Below the pieces are notes generated by a model that saw nothing but the letters and a program-made list of their open reading frames with translations, did not search any database and was not told where the DNA came from. Both the position numbers and the translations under genes were made by a program. Positions 42,192 through 54,124 of a DNA stretch of 64,000 bases are shown in pieces. The DNA is from Macrostomum lignano (lineage: Eukaryota). Each line of letters opens with the position of its first letter. The stretch's first letter is position 1. Location: NCBI GenBank assembly GCA_002269645.1, contig NIVC01002178.1, positions 124,001-188,000 on the forward strand, given 5' to 3'.

Positions 42192-43552
42192 AAATCAGCT
42201 GGCTGGGGCGTTTCGTCGAACTTTTAATCAACAGCTTTTCTTTCGGCTTTGGGCTTTCTTAAGAGCAGAGAGGCAAACTGGCAGAGGGTGCAGGCGGTGG
42301 TCAATTTAAATTTTAATCTACACAACTACAATAGAGCTGTCAACGCAGATGAGCGCACGAAACAGGAGATGCAGAGATCTCGGCCTGCCATAGACAAAAT
42401 GCGACAGTTGACAAGCATTATATGTAACTTAAGAGTGTAGACTCTTCATAATTCTATTTACGATTAGAGATCAAATCACGTTGTCTAACGTAGATGTTAA
42501 ATTGTGAGAACTCTGTCTCCTTAGTCTACTAAACCCTAAAGAAACACAAGTTAGTTAAACTAAAGTCAATTAACATGAAATAGCGTTTAGATGTCGAGAA
42601 ATTATTACTTTCGGACGATATAAAATAAATGACAGAGAAAAACACTGTAGATGGCGACTGTACGTGCAAACGTCGATCTGGTATAATCAAAGCCAAATGT
42701 TCAGGTCCAAACTAATGATACAAATTAAATCCGCAGATCAGTTACCTTACACTCGAATATATAATTGAAATGATAGCAAATATTGTAGATATTTCAGATA
42801 CTATAAGCATTAGCGAGTAACTAATCAATAAATAGTTGATCCAAAAGTTTATTGTCAGACACAATCACAAAGGGCTTAAAAGCATTAGAAGCGCAGCAAC
42901 AGCTCAATTTCAGAAACAGAATAATTCACCTAATAAAGGATATCGAAAAAAGGGAAGAACCTATCATTTTTTAGAAAGGTTTAGTAAAAGTAATTAGGCA
43001 AAAAAGTTTTAACTTTTTGTTAAAAGTTGTAAAAAGTTAAATTTTGCTTTTTCAAGAATTTTTTTACATCATGGAACGTACTGTCAACTTAGGGTAGCTA
43101 GCCTAGCCTAACTTATGTCGAAGCATCACTACGTTGATTAGTTGACTAAGCCTTAGACATGACGGTATTTATCGCTGATTCCTGATCACAAACTTAAAAA
43201 AACTTTTTTAATAGGCCCGTGGCTTAATATATAGTGCTCTTTTAATTTCATAAAAAGAAATTTGGCTTAGCACAAAGTAGCAAAGTATTGTATATGCTAT
43301 AAAAACAAATTTTAGATAACTGACACTAGTAAGATATAGTTAATAGTGTGCAGTTAAGAAAATAATAAAGGTACAAGAAAATAAGTTCTTTTTTCATGCT
43401 TACTACTGCTTCAATTTTTTTAACCATGGTCAAAATTTTTGTATATTTGTACCATTTTTGCATCTAGTGCAAATTTATGCTACACTACAGCCATTGAAAC
43501 TAACCTAAGCTAAACTATAATTTAAACTAAGGCAATTATTACTAAGCAAATA

Positions 43553-44121
43553 GGCAGTGCTTATCCCCACAGTACCGTAGGAATAATTTCTGTCTTATTC
43601 CAATGGTACCGTGTGAATAATTTTCTGCTTATCCGCAGGGCACACTGACGAGATAGCTGCCCTATCTTCTACATATGCTGTGCGAATAATTTTCTGCTTA
43701 TCCGCATGGCACGCAATTTAAATCATTTGTTACTACACAAAAAAATTCTTTCTCATAGAAAAGTTGTTAAATCTTTATTTCTTTAGAACAAATGTTGTTC
43801 AAGCCAAGTTATGTTGTTATACTGCACTCAAATCGTATGTACTAAACTTCCCACACGGCATATGTAGAAGATAGGGCAGCTATCTTGTCAGTGTGCCGTG
43901 TGGATAAGCAGAAAATTATTCGCACAGCATATGTAGAAGATAGGGCAGCTATCTTGTCAGTGTGCCCTGCGGATAAGCAGAAAATTATTTGCATGGCATA
44001 TGTAGAAGATAGGGCAGCTATCTCGTCAGTGTGCCATGCAGATAAGCAATAAATTATTCGCACGGTACCATTGGAATAAGACAGAAGTTATTCCTATGAT
44101 ACTGTGGGGATAAGCACTGCC
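43553..44121. mobile_element. 569-bp non-autonomous foldback/Mutator-like element
   Basis: Long TIRs starting GGCAGTGCTTATCCCCACAGTA, internal 69-bp subrepeats in inverted orientation, and a perfect 9-bp TSD AAGCAAATA at 43544-43552 and 44122-44130. Confidence 0.88.
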
Positions 44122-44237
44122 AAGCAAATATTTAATTTATAAAAAAAATAAAACAAACTAAAGAATACAAGGGGCACTATGAAATTTTTTTGCTATATCT
44201 AAACAAAAGCAGCTATGTAGCTAAAATTTTCACAGCT

Positions 44238-45023
44238 GGCTCATTCCATATAAGATGGACATATTTGGAAAATAGAAAAAAGTCAATATTTTTGCTTGCC
44301 ATTGCCTAATTAGCCTATTTTTTTACCAAATGTTTATATTGTGCAATATATACAATCTAAGAATAAAGGAATGGTAAAATGTTGGATTAGTATGTTATCA
44401 ATTGGCAAAAAGTCATTTTTGTAAAAATTTGGACATTTTTCGAAGCAAAAGACATCATTAAGATTTTGTACCTTTTAAAAACAAATAGAAAGCTTTTGAA
44501 GGTTGAAACAAACTATAGATAAAAGTATAGTACTTGCATCATCAGATAAAAGCATTGGTGACCAAATAATCTATTATATTTTTAATGTATTAGTACCTCA
44601 AAGTTACTGAATTGACAGAAAAAAATATGTTACGACCATAATGTTACGACCATAAGGCTGCCTTTTCTTTTGTATCTTTGTTGCCTTTTGAGTTTATATA
44701 TTCTAATAAAAGAGTATGATTTCTAAAGATGTTCTTAGTCAAATTTTAAAAATGTATTGCAAAATATCAAAAATGAAAAATGTTATAAGACTTTTACCTT
44801 TTAGTTTCTATATGTCAAAAATCCTGTCGTTACGACCATAAGTGTCATTTAAAGTTTAATAGCATCTATACTAATGATGATATCTATATGAAACTCTATA
44901 AATATATTCTAGACAAAATAATCTTTCATTTAAAATATTGGTTTAGTATATTCTATTATTAGATTTCATTTTATAAGTAAAAATAAACTGTCATGTTACA
45001 ACCATGCTTATATGGAATGAGCC
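44238..45023. mobile_element. 786-bp non-autonomous TIR element inserted into the mariner
   Basis: TIRs GGCTCATTCCATATAAG(C)ATGG at both ends, with AGCT on both flanks. Removing it restores the mariner terminus GAG AAG CTG TGA (E-K-L-stop). AT-rich interior with three GTTACGACCATA motifs. Confidence 0.85.
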
Positions 45024-46073
45024 AGCTTCTCAAAGTATTCTCCACCAGCCTGTATGCAGTGCCTCATCCTCTCAAACTAGGTGACAAAGTAGTGGTGCCA
45101 CTTAGAAGTAGACATCCCTTTTACCATATTGTCAAATGCATTAGCAGCCTCCTCTGCAGTAAAAAATTGCTGGCCATACAGCGAGTCCTTGACTTTAAGG
45201 AATAGGAAAAAGTCACATGGTGCTAAATCAGACAAGTATTGCAGGTGACTGGTCAGCTGCAATCCCTGAGTCTGCAGAAACTGCATATTGCCTAAGCCAT
45301 ATGAGCACTTGCATTGTCCTGATGCAGTGTCAGGCCTCGGATACCTGACTTTAGACGCATCCTACTCAGGCTATAGATGACCTGTGGCAAGCAGATACCA
45401 GTATACTAGGCTGCAGTCACTGTGCATTGATCTAGCATTTGCACAGTTGCCACATGACCTGAGCAACAGAAAAAAAGTTGCAACTATCTACTTGCCGGTG
45501 CTCCTGCCTTGCACAACCTTCATTGGTCTTTGGTGGCACCTTGTCTAGAAACGCCCACACCTGCAACTGGCACTTGCACTCTGGCTTGTAGCAGTACACC
45601 TAAGTCTTGTCACATGTCACTGTTGGCAACCATCTTTGACGCTCCATTGCTATATTTTTGTAGCATCTGGCAGCACCAATCGACCCTGGCCTGTTTCTGC
45701 TTAGGCTCCAACAGATAAGGCACCTAGCAACTGGTCAGCTTGCATAAGCCAATGTGGTTGTGAAGGATTTTGGCAATTGCTGGCAAATGGATACTCAGGG
45801 ATGCCTCAATCTTCTTGAAGGTTATCCGCCTGTCAGCTTCAACTAGCTGGCGAACACAAGCCACTGTTTCTAGTGTTGTGACAGTTGAAGGTTGGCCTGT
45901 ATGCTACTCATCTTCCAATGAGTCTTGGCCATGACAAAACTTGTGGAACTAGTTGCTAACAGTTGCAAGCAATGCAGCTTCTGCAAAAGCAGCTGATAGC
46001 CTTTTGTGGCATTGGTGACATTCAAGGCCGCCACAATAATCATGGCATGAAAATGCTCGCAAGTCAATTCTAT
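45024..46073 (-). pseudogene. Mariner transposase pseudogene (stops and frameshifts)
   Basis: Minus-strand fragments: IELTCEHFHAMI, GQPSTVTTLETVACVRQLVEADRRITFKKIEASL, SC*VP, ARVDWCCQML, VTCDKT*VYCYKPE, LHQDNASAH, YLSDLAPCDFFLF and CIQAGGEYFEKL. These match the mariner WVP, TGDETW, HDNA and YSPDLAP motifs. Confidence 0.9.
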
Positions 46074-47472
46074 GAGCTCTGCTAGAAAGTGGGCAGAGGT
46101 GCTGAAGTTATCTGGCTCTAGTGGCTAAATGCCGCAAGATATTTAAGTGAAATTTTATCTAACATAGTCACATATATTGTTCTGTAAGCCTGTCAAAAAT
46201 CAAGCTGATAAGACAAACAGCAGAGGCATGGCTAAAAACTTTTGTAATGCCCTTCATATAATTGCCAAATTAGCATTGTTTTGAATAGGCTTAAATAAAA
46301 GCTATGATTATTATTTTATGTTTAATATAATATATGGCTATAAGAATTAAAAAAGTATAAAATTATCTTTCAATAGTTGTGTAGTTTTCTTGTTGCTTCT
46401 GGTAAAAGCATATTTAGCAATTTATTCTATAATATAAAATTCTAGTCAATAATCTAGACTTTAACCTAGGTTATGTAAATGATTTATAAATTATATTTCA
46501 AAAAACATAGACAAAGTCTAGATATTTAGAATATGCTTAGGTTGCCTAAGTAATATCAATGCTTAATACCATAGCAAGAATATAATATTTCATTAGCTTC
46601 TAAAACAGTAAAGATTAACTTATCTTGTACAATTATGGTATCTAAATTGATTTGAAATTCACTTAACTTTGGATGAAAGTTGAAATAAAAAGAGAAAACA
46701 TTATATCGTTTAACATAGTATTCAATTACTATTCAATTAGTACACAATAAGTCATGAAATATCTTTGCCAAATATATAAGTCAGCACTGCTCAGTGCAAG
46801 TAAGCTCTTTGTCTTTGAGAATTTTGTCTGGCCTTGAATTGGGGGGGGGCTTAAGCCCTCCCAATTCCAACCATGTAGTTTCAACACTATCTTTGTTGCT
46901 TGAGTCCTTGATTCTACGGACTTAAGAGCTCCCCCTACATTGAAGGTTAAAATATTCACCTTAACATGAGCCCCCACCACCCAACCACAACGTGAATGTG
47001 GCATCAAAACTCTCTGTTGCTTAAGTCTCCAAATACATGTAGGGACTTAAGAGTTCCCCTCACTTTGAAACTGCCAACATTCATTCATCCCTACCCCATC
47101 AAATCAACAGCTCCAATGGCCTTTCAAGTCTCAGTTGAGAGGTATTACTAGATATGGAAACGGGATATGGCAAATATGTGTTCCCGTAACCAAATCTGTA
47201 TCCGTATGTTTTGTCTAGCAACCTCCGTGTCTGCAACTTCCTGTAGTCATATCCATAGCTAGGGCGGAACTATACTAACAATCTTGAAAAAAATTATTTT
47301 GTGTTCATGTTCAACTATCAATATTTATACTTTGTAAATCTGAGAGTCTGCAAATTGAAGTCAAAACAAATAAGACATAAAATTTCTTGAATAGAAGTTG
47401 ATAGCAGCATAGAGAAGGCGGCGCTGCTGCTCTGCAGGTGTGAAGCAAATTGAAATTGGACTTGGAATTTGA

Positions 47473-48108
47473 ATGACGACCGCGGATGAGGCGGATGCCG
47501 AAGTCACGGCGCCATCCAGCCAGTTCGCTGCCAGCATCAACGGCGACTCCGCTGTCGATGCCGATGCAGCCGACGAGGTGCAGCTCCGACAAAGACGGCG
47601 TCCTGACGAGAGCTCGCCCGCCGGCGACATCCCCTCGGCCGTCGAGGACATCAAGGCGGAGCGCGCATCGGCTGACGACAGCCAGCGCCAGGTGTCGATA
47701 ACTCGGCCAGTGTCCATTCTGAAATCTCCGTCGCAGGCGTCGCTGCTGCTCGACTCGACATCGTCGCCGCCTTTGGCAGCCTCGCCGTCTGGCGCAACGA
47801 CGCCTTTGTCAGCAGCGTCGGCCTCCAAGCGGGTTCGATTCGCCAAGAAGATCGAGCACCGCTACTGGTTCCGCCCGGATCCCAGCCAGCATGCGCACCA
47901 TCATCAGTACTACTATCAGCAGCAACAGGAACTGGCTGGCTCGGTCGGCCTGCTGACCCTGCTGACTCTGGCGTTTGCTCTCGTGATGGCCCTGGCCATG
48001 ACGGCCTCGTATTGTCGGGCCAAACCCGACCTCTGCGCCGCGTACGCCGGCGGGCCCTACTGGCCGGAGGCCACCGTGCGGCTTGCCAAAGGTTTGCGGC
48101 TGATCTGA
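47473..48108 (+). CDS. Intronless 211-aa single-pass membrane protein with SILK and RVxF PP1-docking motifs (consortin C-terminal-like)
   Basis: ATG at 47473, GC-rich ORF. SILK at 47713-47724, KRVRF at 47827-47841, hydrophobic helix VGLLTLLTLAFALVMALAMTASYC, then a second Cys and a short tail. Confidence 0.8.
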   Translation: MTTADEADAEVTAPSSQFAASINGDSAVDADAADEVQLRQRRRPDESSPAGDIPSAVEDIKAERASADDSQRQVSITRPVSILKSPSQASLLLDSTSSPPLAASPSGATTPLSAASASKRVRFAKKIEHRYWFRPDPSQHAHHHQYYYQQQQELAGSVGLLTLLTLAFALVMALAMTASYCRAKPDLCAAYAGGPYWPEATVRLAKGLRLI

Positions 48109-48257
48109 CGCATTGGTCCCGCAGATCTTTTGCGTAACAGTTTGCAGTTCCTCTTCAATGCCTCTGTCTGCACCCTCTGTACTTTATGGGACCTGTTCGC
48201 GCCTGCCATTCCCATGCTTTCTCCCGGGTCTGACAATTTCGGTGTAGCTGGAAACTT

Positions 48258-49715
48258 GTGTCTGACAATTGTGCTTGATGTGACTGACAATTGTGATTAA
48301 TGTGACTGACAATTGTGATTAATGTGACTGACAATTGTGATTGATGTGACTGACAATTGTGATTGATGTGACTGACAATTGTGATTAATGTGACTGACAA
48401 TTGTGATTGATGTGTCTGACAATTGTGATTGATGTGTCTGACAATTGTGCTTGATGTGACTGACAATTGTGATTGATGTGTCTGACAATTGTGTTTGATG
48501 TGTCTGACAATTGTGATTAATGTGACTGACAATTGTGATTGATGTGACTGACAATTGTGCTTGATGTGACTGACAATTGTGATTAATGTGACTGACAATT
48601 GTGATTGATGTGTCTGACAATTGTGATTGATCTGACTGACAATTGTGATTGATCTGACTGACAATTGTGCTTGATGTGTCTGACAATTGTGCTTTGATGT
48701 GTCTGACAATTGTGCTTGATGTGTCTGACAATTGTGCTTTGATGTGTCTGACAATTGTGATTAATGTGACTGATAGTCGTGACTGATGTGACTGACAATT
48801 GTGCTTGATGTGTCTGACAATTGTGATTGATGTGACTGATAGTCGTGACTGATGTGACTGACAATTGTGCTTGATGTGTCTGACAATTGTGATTGATACT
48901 GACTGATAGTCGTGACTGATGTGACTGACAATTGTGCTTGATGTGTCTGACAATTGTGATTGATGTGACTGACAATTGTGATTGATGTGACTGATAGTCG
49001 TGACTGATGTGACTGACAATTGTGATTGATGTGACTGACAATTGTGCTTGATGTGTCTGACAATTGTGATTAATGTGACTGATAGTCGTGACTGATGTGA
49101 CTGACAATTGTGCTTGATGTGTCTGACAATTGTGATTGATGTGACTGATAGTCGTGACTGATGTGACTGACAATTGTGCTTGATGTGTCTGACAATTGTG
49201 ATTGATGTGACTGATAGTCGTGACTGATGTGACTGACAATTGTGATTAATGTGACTGATAGTCGTGACTGATGTGACTGACAATTGTGATTGATGTGACT
49301 GACAATTGTGCTTGATGTGTCTGACAATTGTGCTTGATGTGTCTGACAATTGTGATTAATGTGACTGATAGTCGTGACTGATGTGACTGACAATTGTGCT
49401 TGATGTGTCTGACAATTGTGATTGATGTGACTGATAGTTGTGACTGATGTGACTGACAATTGTGCTTGATGTGTCTGACAATTGTGATTGATGTGACTGA
49501 TAGTCGTGGCTGATGTGACTGACAATTGTGCTTGATGTGTCTGACAATTGTGATTGATGTGACCGACAATTGTGACTGATGTGACTGACAATTGTGATTG
49601 ATGTGACTGATAGTCGTGACTGATGTGACTGACAATTGTGATTGATGTGACTGACAATTGTGATTGATGTGACTGACAGTCGTGACTGATGTGACTGACA
49701 ATTTTGACTGATGCA
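48258..49715. repeat. 22-bp minisatellite (GTGACTGACAATTGTGATTGAT)n with variant units
   Basis: About 65 units; explains the S/H/Q ORFs. Confidence 0.97.
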
Positions 49716-51669
49716 ATTGAGAATTGACACACTAGCGTCAGTTCCTTCCTGGCGCCCCCCCCCCAAACATCCATTTCAGTCTTGTACTCAGTATTTCATA
49801 GCGCTATCCTGGCTAACCTTGAATTATCATTTAATTCCTTTTTAATTTAAGCTTTTTGATTGCAAAATAATTTCAATTTAAATTTACCAACACCACCATT
49901 AGCAATCAACTGGTGCCAAAACCTTACAAATTGCCCTGCTTCAAAGTGTATATCATTCTTTGTTTGGAAATCCGAACTCACACGCTTCAGCCTCATTCTT
50001 GTGTGCATAAATTTGAATTGATTAGTTTATAACTATATATAGTAATTCTATTGTAAAGAAAAACTGTAATACGTGGCACTTCACTACTAAAATTGCGATT
50101 GTAATGCATAAATTCCATTCGATTTGATTTTCTAATTGAATACTTGCAATTCTGTGCGCTTACACTCGCTTGTCTGTTCTGCCTGTGATAAACTGATTGG
50201 GAACACGCACTGCTGCTATTTGTGCTGCTTCATCTGATTCCTTCTAATTATTATTTTTTATTTGCTTTCTGGGACAATCCTCAAAAATTGGCATCGGCTT
50301 TAGTGTTGAATGTTTTAAAAATTTGTTCTTTTTTAAATTAGTAAGAAGTAAGTAGAATGTGCTTGTTATGCTACTGAAAAGAATCAGTAGCTTGTCAGTG
50401 TATGCTTAGATGTTTACTGTAATTATTTTTTGTCTATTCAAACTCAAAATATTGTTATTAGCGATTTTTTGTTTTGTAGTTCAAAAGAAACAGATTATAT
50501 TCGTGCCGTACTACTGAACTTTTGGAAATCAGTAGTATGATATGAAGAGGTTAGAATGGTTGATTAATTATCATTTGCTTTCACCTTATATTGAGAGCCA
50601 AATGTTAGCGCTTGTCCCGTTGAAAGCGTTATCGCGACTTTGTAACAACTAAAACGACTGGTCTGTAATGCAACCGAGAGGCGACTGTGGAGTCAGTGAG
50701 TTGAGTTGCAGAATCGTAAAAATAGTCGCAAAAATGCTATTTTACATGCAACGATTTCATCGGACTGTCCCACTGATTGCGCCATTATCGGGGGCTGCGT
50801 ATGTTGATTGCTAATTGTCTTTTTTGTTTTGTAATTAAATTTTATTGCTTGGCCTAAGTTATAGTTATTACAAGCCTATATTGGCACATTATGAAACAAT
50901 GCGAAATCTGATTTCTGATTTGAAGTCATTATAACAATCGTAAAATAAGCTGTCAAGTTCAAGGCAAGCTGACAGAATCAGGATGCCCCGAGGCTGGCAG
51001 GTTGCCATGGGCATTGTTAAGACTCGGTTTGAAAGATATGGCCCAATCTTGAGTCCAATCCAGCGCAATATTGCTAATCTCTCTCTCTCTCTCTCTCTCT
51101 CTCTGATCTGTTGTTTTATTATTTTCGATACACTGGAAAGCACTTATCAGGCTTGACAAGTTGTAATCTTGTTGAGCGCCTCTCAAATGGACAAAGACCT
51201 GAACTAGTCTTTGTAGATATTTTTACACCATCGGGGGCCCGCCGTCTTGCCCAGTGAGTGAGGATGCGGGGTGGGGGGAGGGTTATCGAGAATTAAAAGT
51301 GTATAATGAGGGGTTGCGTCGGCATGCGGTGGGAGAAACTCATCGACAGAAGCCTCGCAGTCCTGAGCAGTCGGTGGGGGCGGTCCTGGCCGGGGCTCAT
51401 TAGCTGGCCGAACCTCCACCGATGCTGGACTCTGATAAGCGGCTCAGTTTTCACTGATCGCCGCTGACAAACTGCCCGAGAGCTGCCGGGCTTGAGCTGG
51501 AGAGTTTGAGACTTCAGCTGGTCGGGAGTCCTTCCTGCAGTGCCAACGATGAGATCAGCAACTGAGGGGGTTGGATAGTGTTGCGGGGACGGTCAGGCGG
51601 CTGGAATGAAGGTGGAGGACAAAGGACTGACTGACCGACAGCAAGATAGACACTATTATGGTATGGTAT

Positions 51670-51690
51670 GCAGACAGACACTATGACATC

Positions 51691-51722
<32 letters not shown>

Positions 51723-52445
51723 AAGACAGACAGACAGACAGACACTGACATGCAGACAGACACTGACATACAGACACTGACATACAGACAGACACTGACA
51801 TACAAACACTGAGATACAGACAGACACTAACAATCAGACAGACACTGACAGACAGACAGACGCTATGACATCCAGACAGACACTGACATGCAGACAAACA
51901 CTGACATACAGACAGACACTGACATACAAACACTGAGATACAGACAGACACTAACAATCAGACAGACACTGACAGACAGACAGACGCTATGACATCCAGA
52001 CAGACACTGACATGCAGACAAACACTGACATCCAGACAGACACTGACATACAAACACTGAGATACAGACAGACACTAACAATCAGACAGACACTGACAGA
52101 CAGACAGACGCTATGACATCCAGACAGACACTGACATGCAGACAAACACTGACATACAGACAGACACTGACATACAAACACTGAGATACAGACAGACACT
52201 AACAATCAGACAGACAGACAGACGCTATGACATCCAGACAGACACTGACATACAAACACTGAGATACAGACAGACACTAACAATCAGACAGACAGACGCT
52301 ATGACATCCAGACAGACACTGACATGCAGACAGACACTATGACAGAGAGACAGACGCTATGACATCCAGACAGACACTGACATGCAGACAGACACTATGA
52401 CAGAGAGACACTGACATACAGACAGACACCATGACAGAGAGATGA
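51670..52445. repeat. GACA-derived compound satellite with 124-bp higher-order unit
   Basis: Block repeated at a 124-bp offset, about three copies plus partials. Confidence 0.92.
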
Positions 52446-53324
52446 CACAGGCTGAAAGACAAATACATTTACAGGAGTTGTTGCACGCTCATTCTACAGA
52501 AAATTTTCAGGCGTGTACGTAAAAAGCAAACCAACAAATTCTTCATCAATTTCATATTAAAAAAATGCTAAAAAATGGTTCGATTACAAAATTCGATCTC
52601 ATGCAAGGCGATTAAAAAGCAGCACAACAAGAACTGGTCAAGATCCCCTGATCCCCTCATTTCAATCATAGATTGCATTAGCATGGCGGGGTTGAGCAGA
52701 AACTAACTCTCCGCTGGGGCAGTCAGTTTCTAGGAAAGTCCAGCTCTCGCCTGAGAGCGGCGGCTTCATTGAAAGCTGGGAGAAAAGCTCTCAAGGGATC
52801 TGGGAAGTGGGGGCTTTAGGGAAGACTGCTTGCAATCCGACACCTGAGAAACATTCTCACCTCTCCCTCCTCCACCTCTGTTTAAAATCAATTTCTAATC
52901 GCTTTCTCCTCCGCATCTTGGCAAGGATTTTGCCGCTCCGGCTGGTCGCTGAGTTTAGGATCGAGTTACGCCCCCCTAACCCTGCCGCCTGGCGTCTCCT
53001 GTAGCCAATATCCGAGAGAAAATCTCCGAGTCTGAACAGACTTAAAAAAACTTCCTAAAACCGTTCTCTCGCTTCATCAGCTCAAAAGCAGTCCACCCAG
53101 TTGTTAAGATGTAGAAAAGGTTCAAATTTAGGAGAGGCTCATACAAAACAACATGATCACTGTGATGCTCATACAGAACAGCATGATCACTGTGATGCTC
53201 ATACATAAAAGTCTGACAACTGTATGACTTCATTAAGCATCTAGTCGATGCAGTCATAAGAATTTATATGACTAATTTGACAGTGATGACCACACTTCGC
53301 TCGAGTTCATTATTTACTGTCAAG

Positions 53325-53545
53325 AATCCATTCTGCTCATACCAATAATGGTCAATGACCCATTCTGCTCATACCAATAATGGTCAATGACCCATTCTGC
53401 TCATATCAATAATGGTCAATGACCCATTCTGCTCATACGAATAATGGTCAATGACCCATTCTGCTCATACCGATAATGGTCTATGACCCATTCTGCTCAT
53501 ACCGATAATGGTCAATGACCCATTCTGCTTATTCCGATAATTCTG
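53325..53545. repeat. 32-bp minisatellite (CCATTCTGCTCATACCAATAATGGTCAATGAC)n
   Basis: About 6-7 units. Confidence 0.9.
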
Positions 53546-54124
53546 AGGGTCACGTTCTGCTTATATTTTATGATCACTATCACATAGCTCATACTGATTA
53601 TTATGACCGCGGTCATCATCTGGCAGCAACATGGTGACTGACCGACTTCTCCCAGTCAAATGCTAAGGAGGCACTTCCTCCATAGCCGTCAGTCTCAATA
53701 CTTGCAGCGTCTCCCTGTCAGATTGTCACAGCGCTGACAGAAACCCGATGCTCGTCGCAGATCGCCCCGGGGCTGCTCAAACAAAGGGAATTCGCGCCCG
53801 AACTGCAAATCGAACTGAGAAGACTAAAAAAGGCAGCCTCGATAAGAAACGACTCCGAGAGCCCGGCAGTGTCTGGTTGATGCGGGACCAATCTGAATTT
53901 ATAATTTTTCAATAGGGAAACTGCATGTCTGTGCTGCAATCCTTCAGCGATTCGAAAGGATTCTCAGTGAACTGGATAGCAGCGAGAGAAAAGGGTCAGG
54001 CCGGGGGGAGTCAGCTTCTAGAGAGTCAGGTTATAAGGAGTCAGAGTATTGAGAGAGTCAGTTTATTGAGAGAGTCAGCGCAAAAAGAATCAGATGATGG
54101 ATAGAGTCAGATCATAGAAACAGG

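Larger units (their letters stand above)
44168..46256 (-). mobile_element. Decayed Tc1/mariner (mariner-type) transposon
   Basis: Degenerate TIRs (CAAGGGGCACTATGAAATTTTT at 44168; GCTAAAAACTTTTGTAATGCCCTTCA at 46231-46256), flanked by TA at 44166-44167 and 46257-46258, enclosing transposase remnants. Confidence 0.85.

Noticed and set aside
43857-44065. Regularly spaced repeats that could be mistaken for a CRISPR array
   Set aside because: The units are contiguous 69-bp repeats without unique spacers inside a transposon, the DNA is eukaryotic, and there are no cas genes.
46850-47080. Duplicated GGACTTAAGAGYTCCCC motif; minus translation NILTFNVGGALKS resembles the start of a LINE APE endonuclease
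   Set aside because: Only about ten residues match and no further endonuclease or RT motifs follow.
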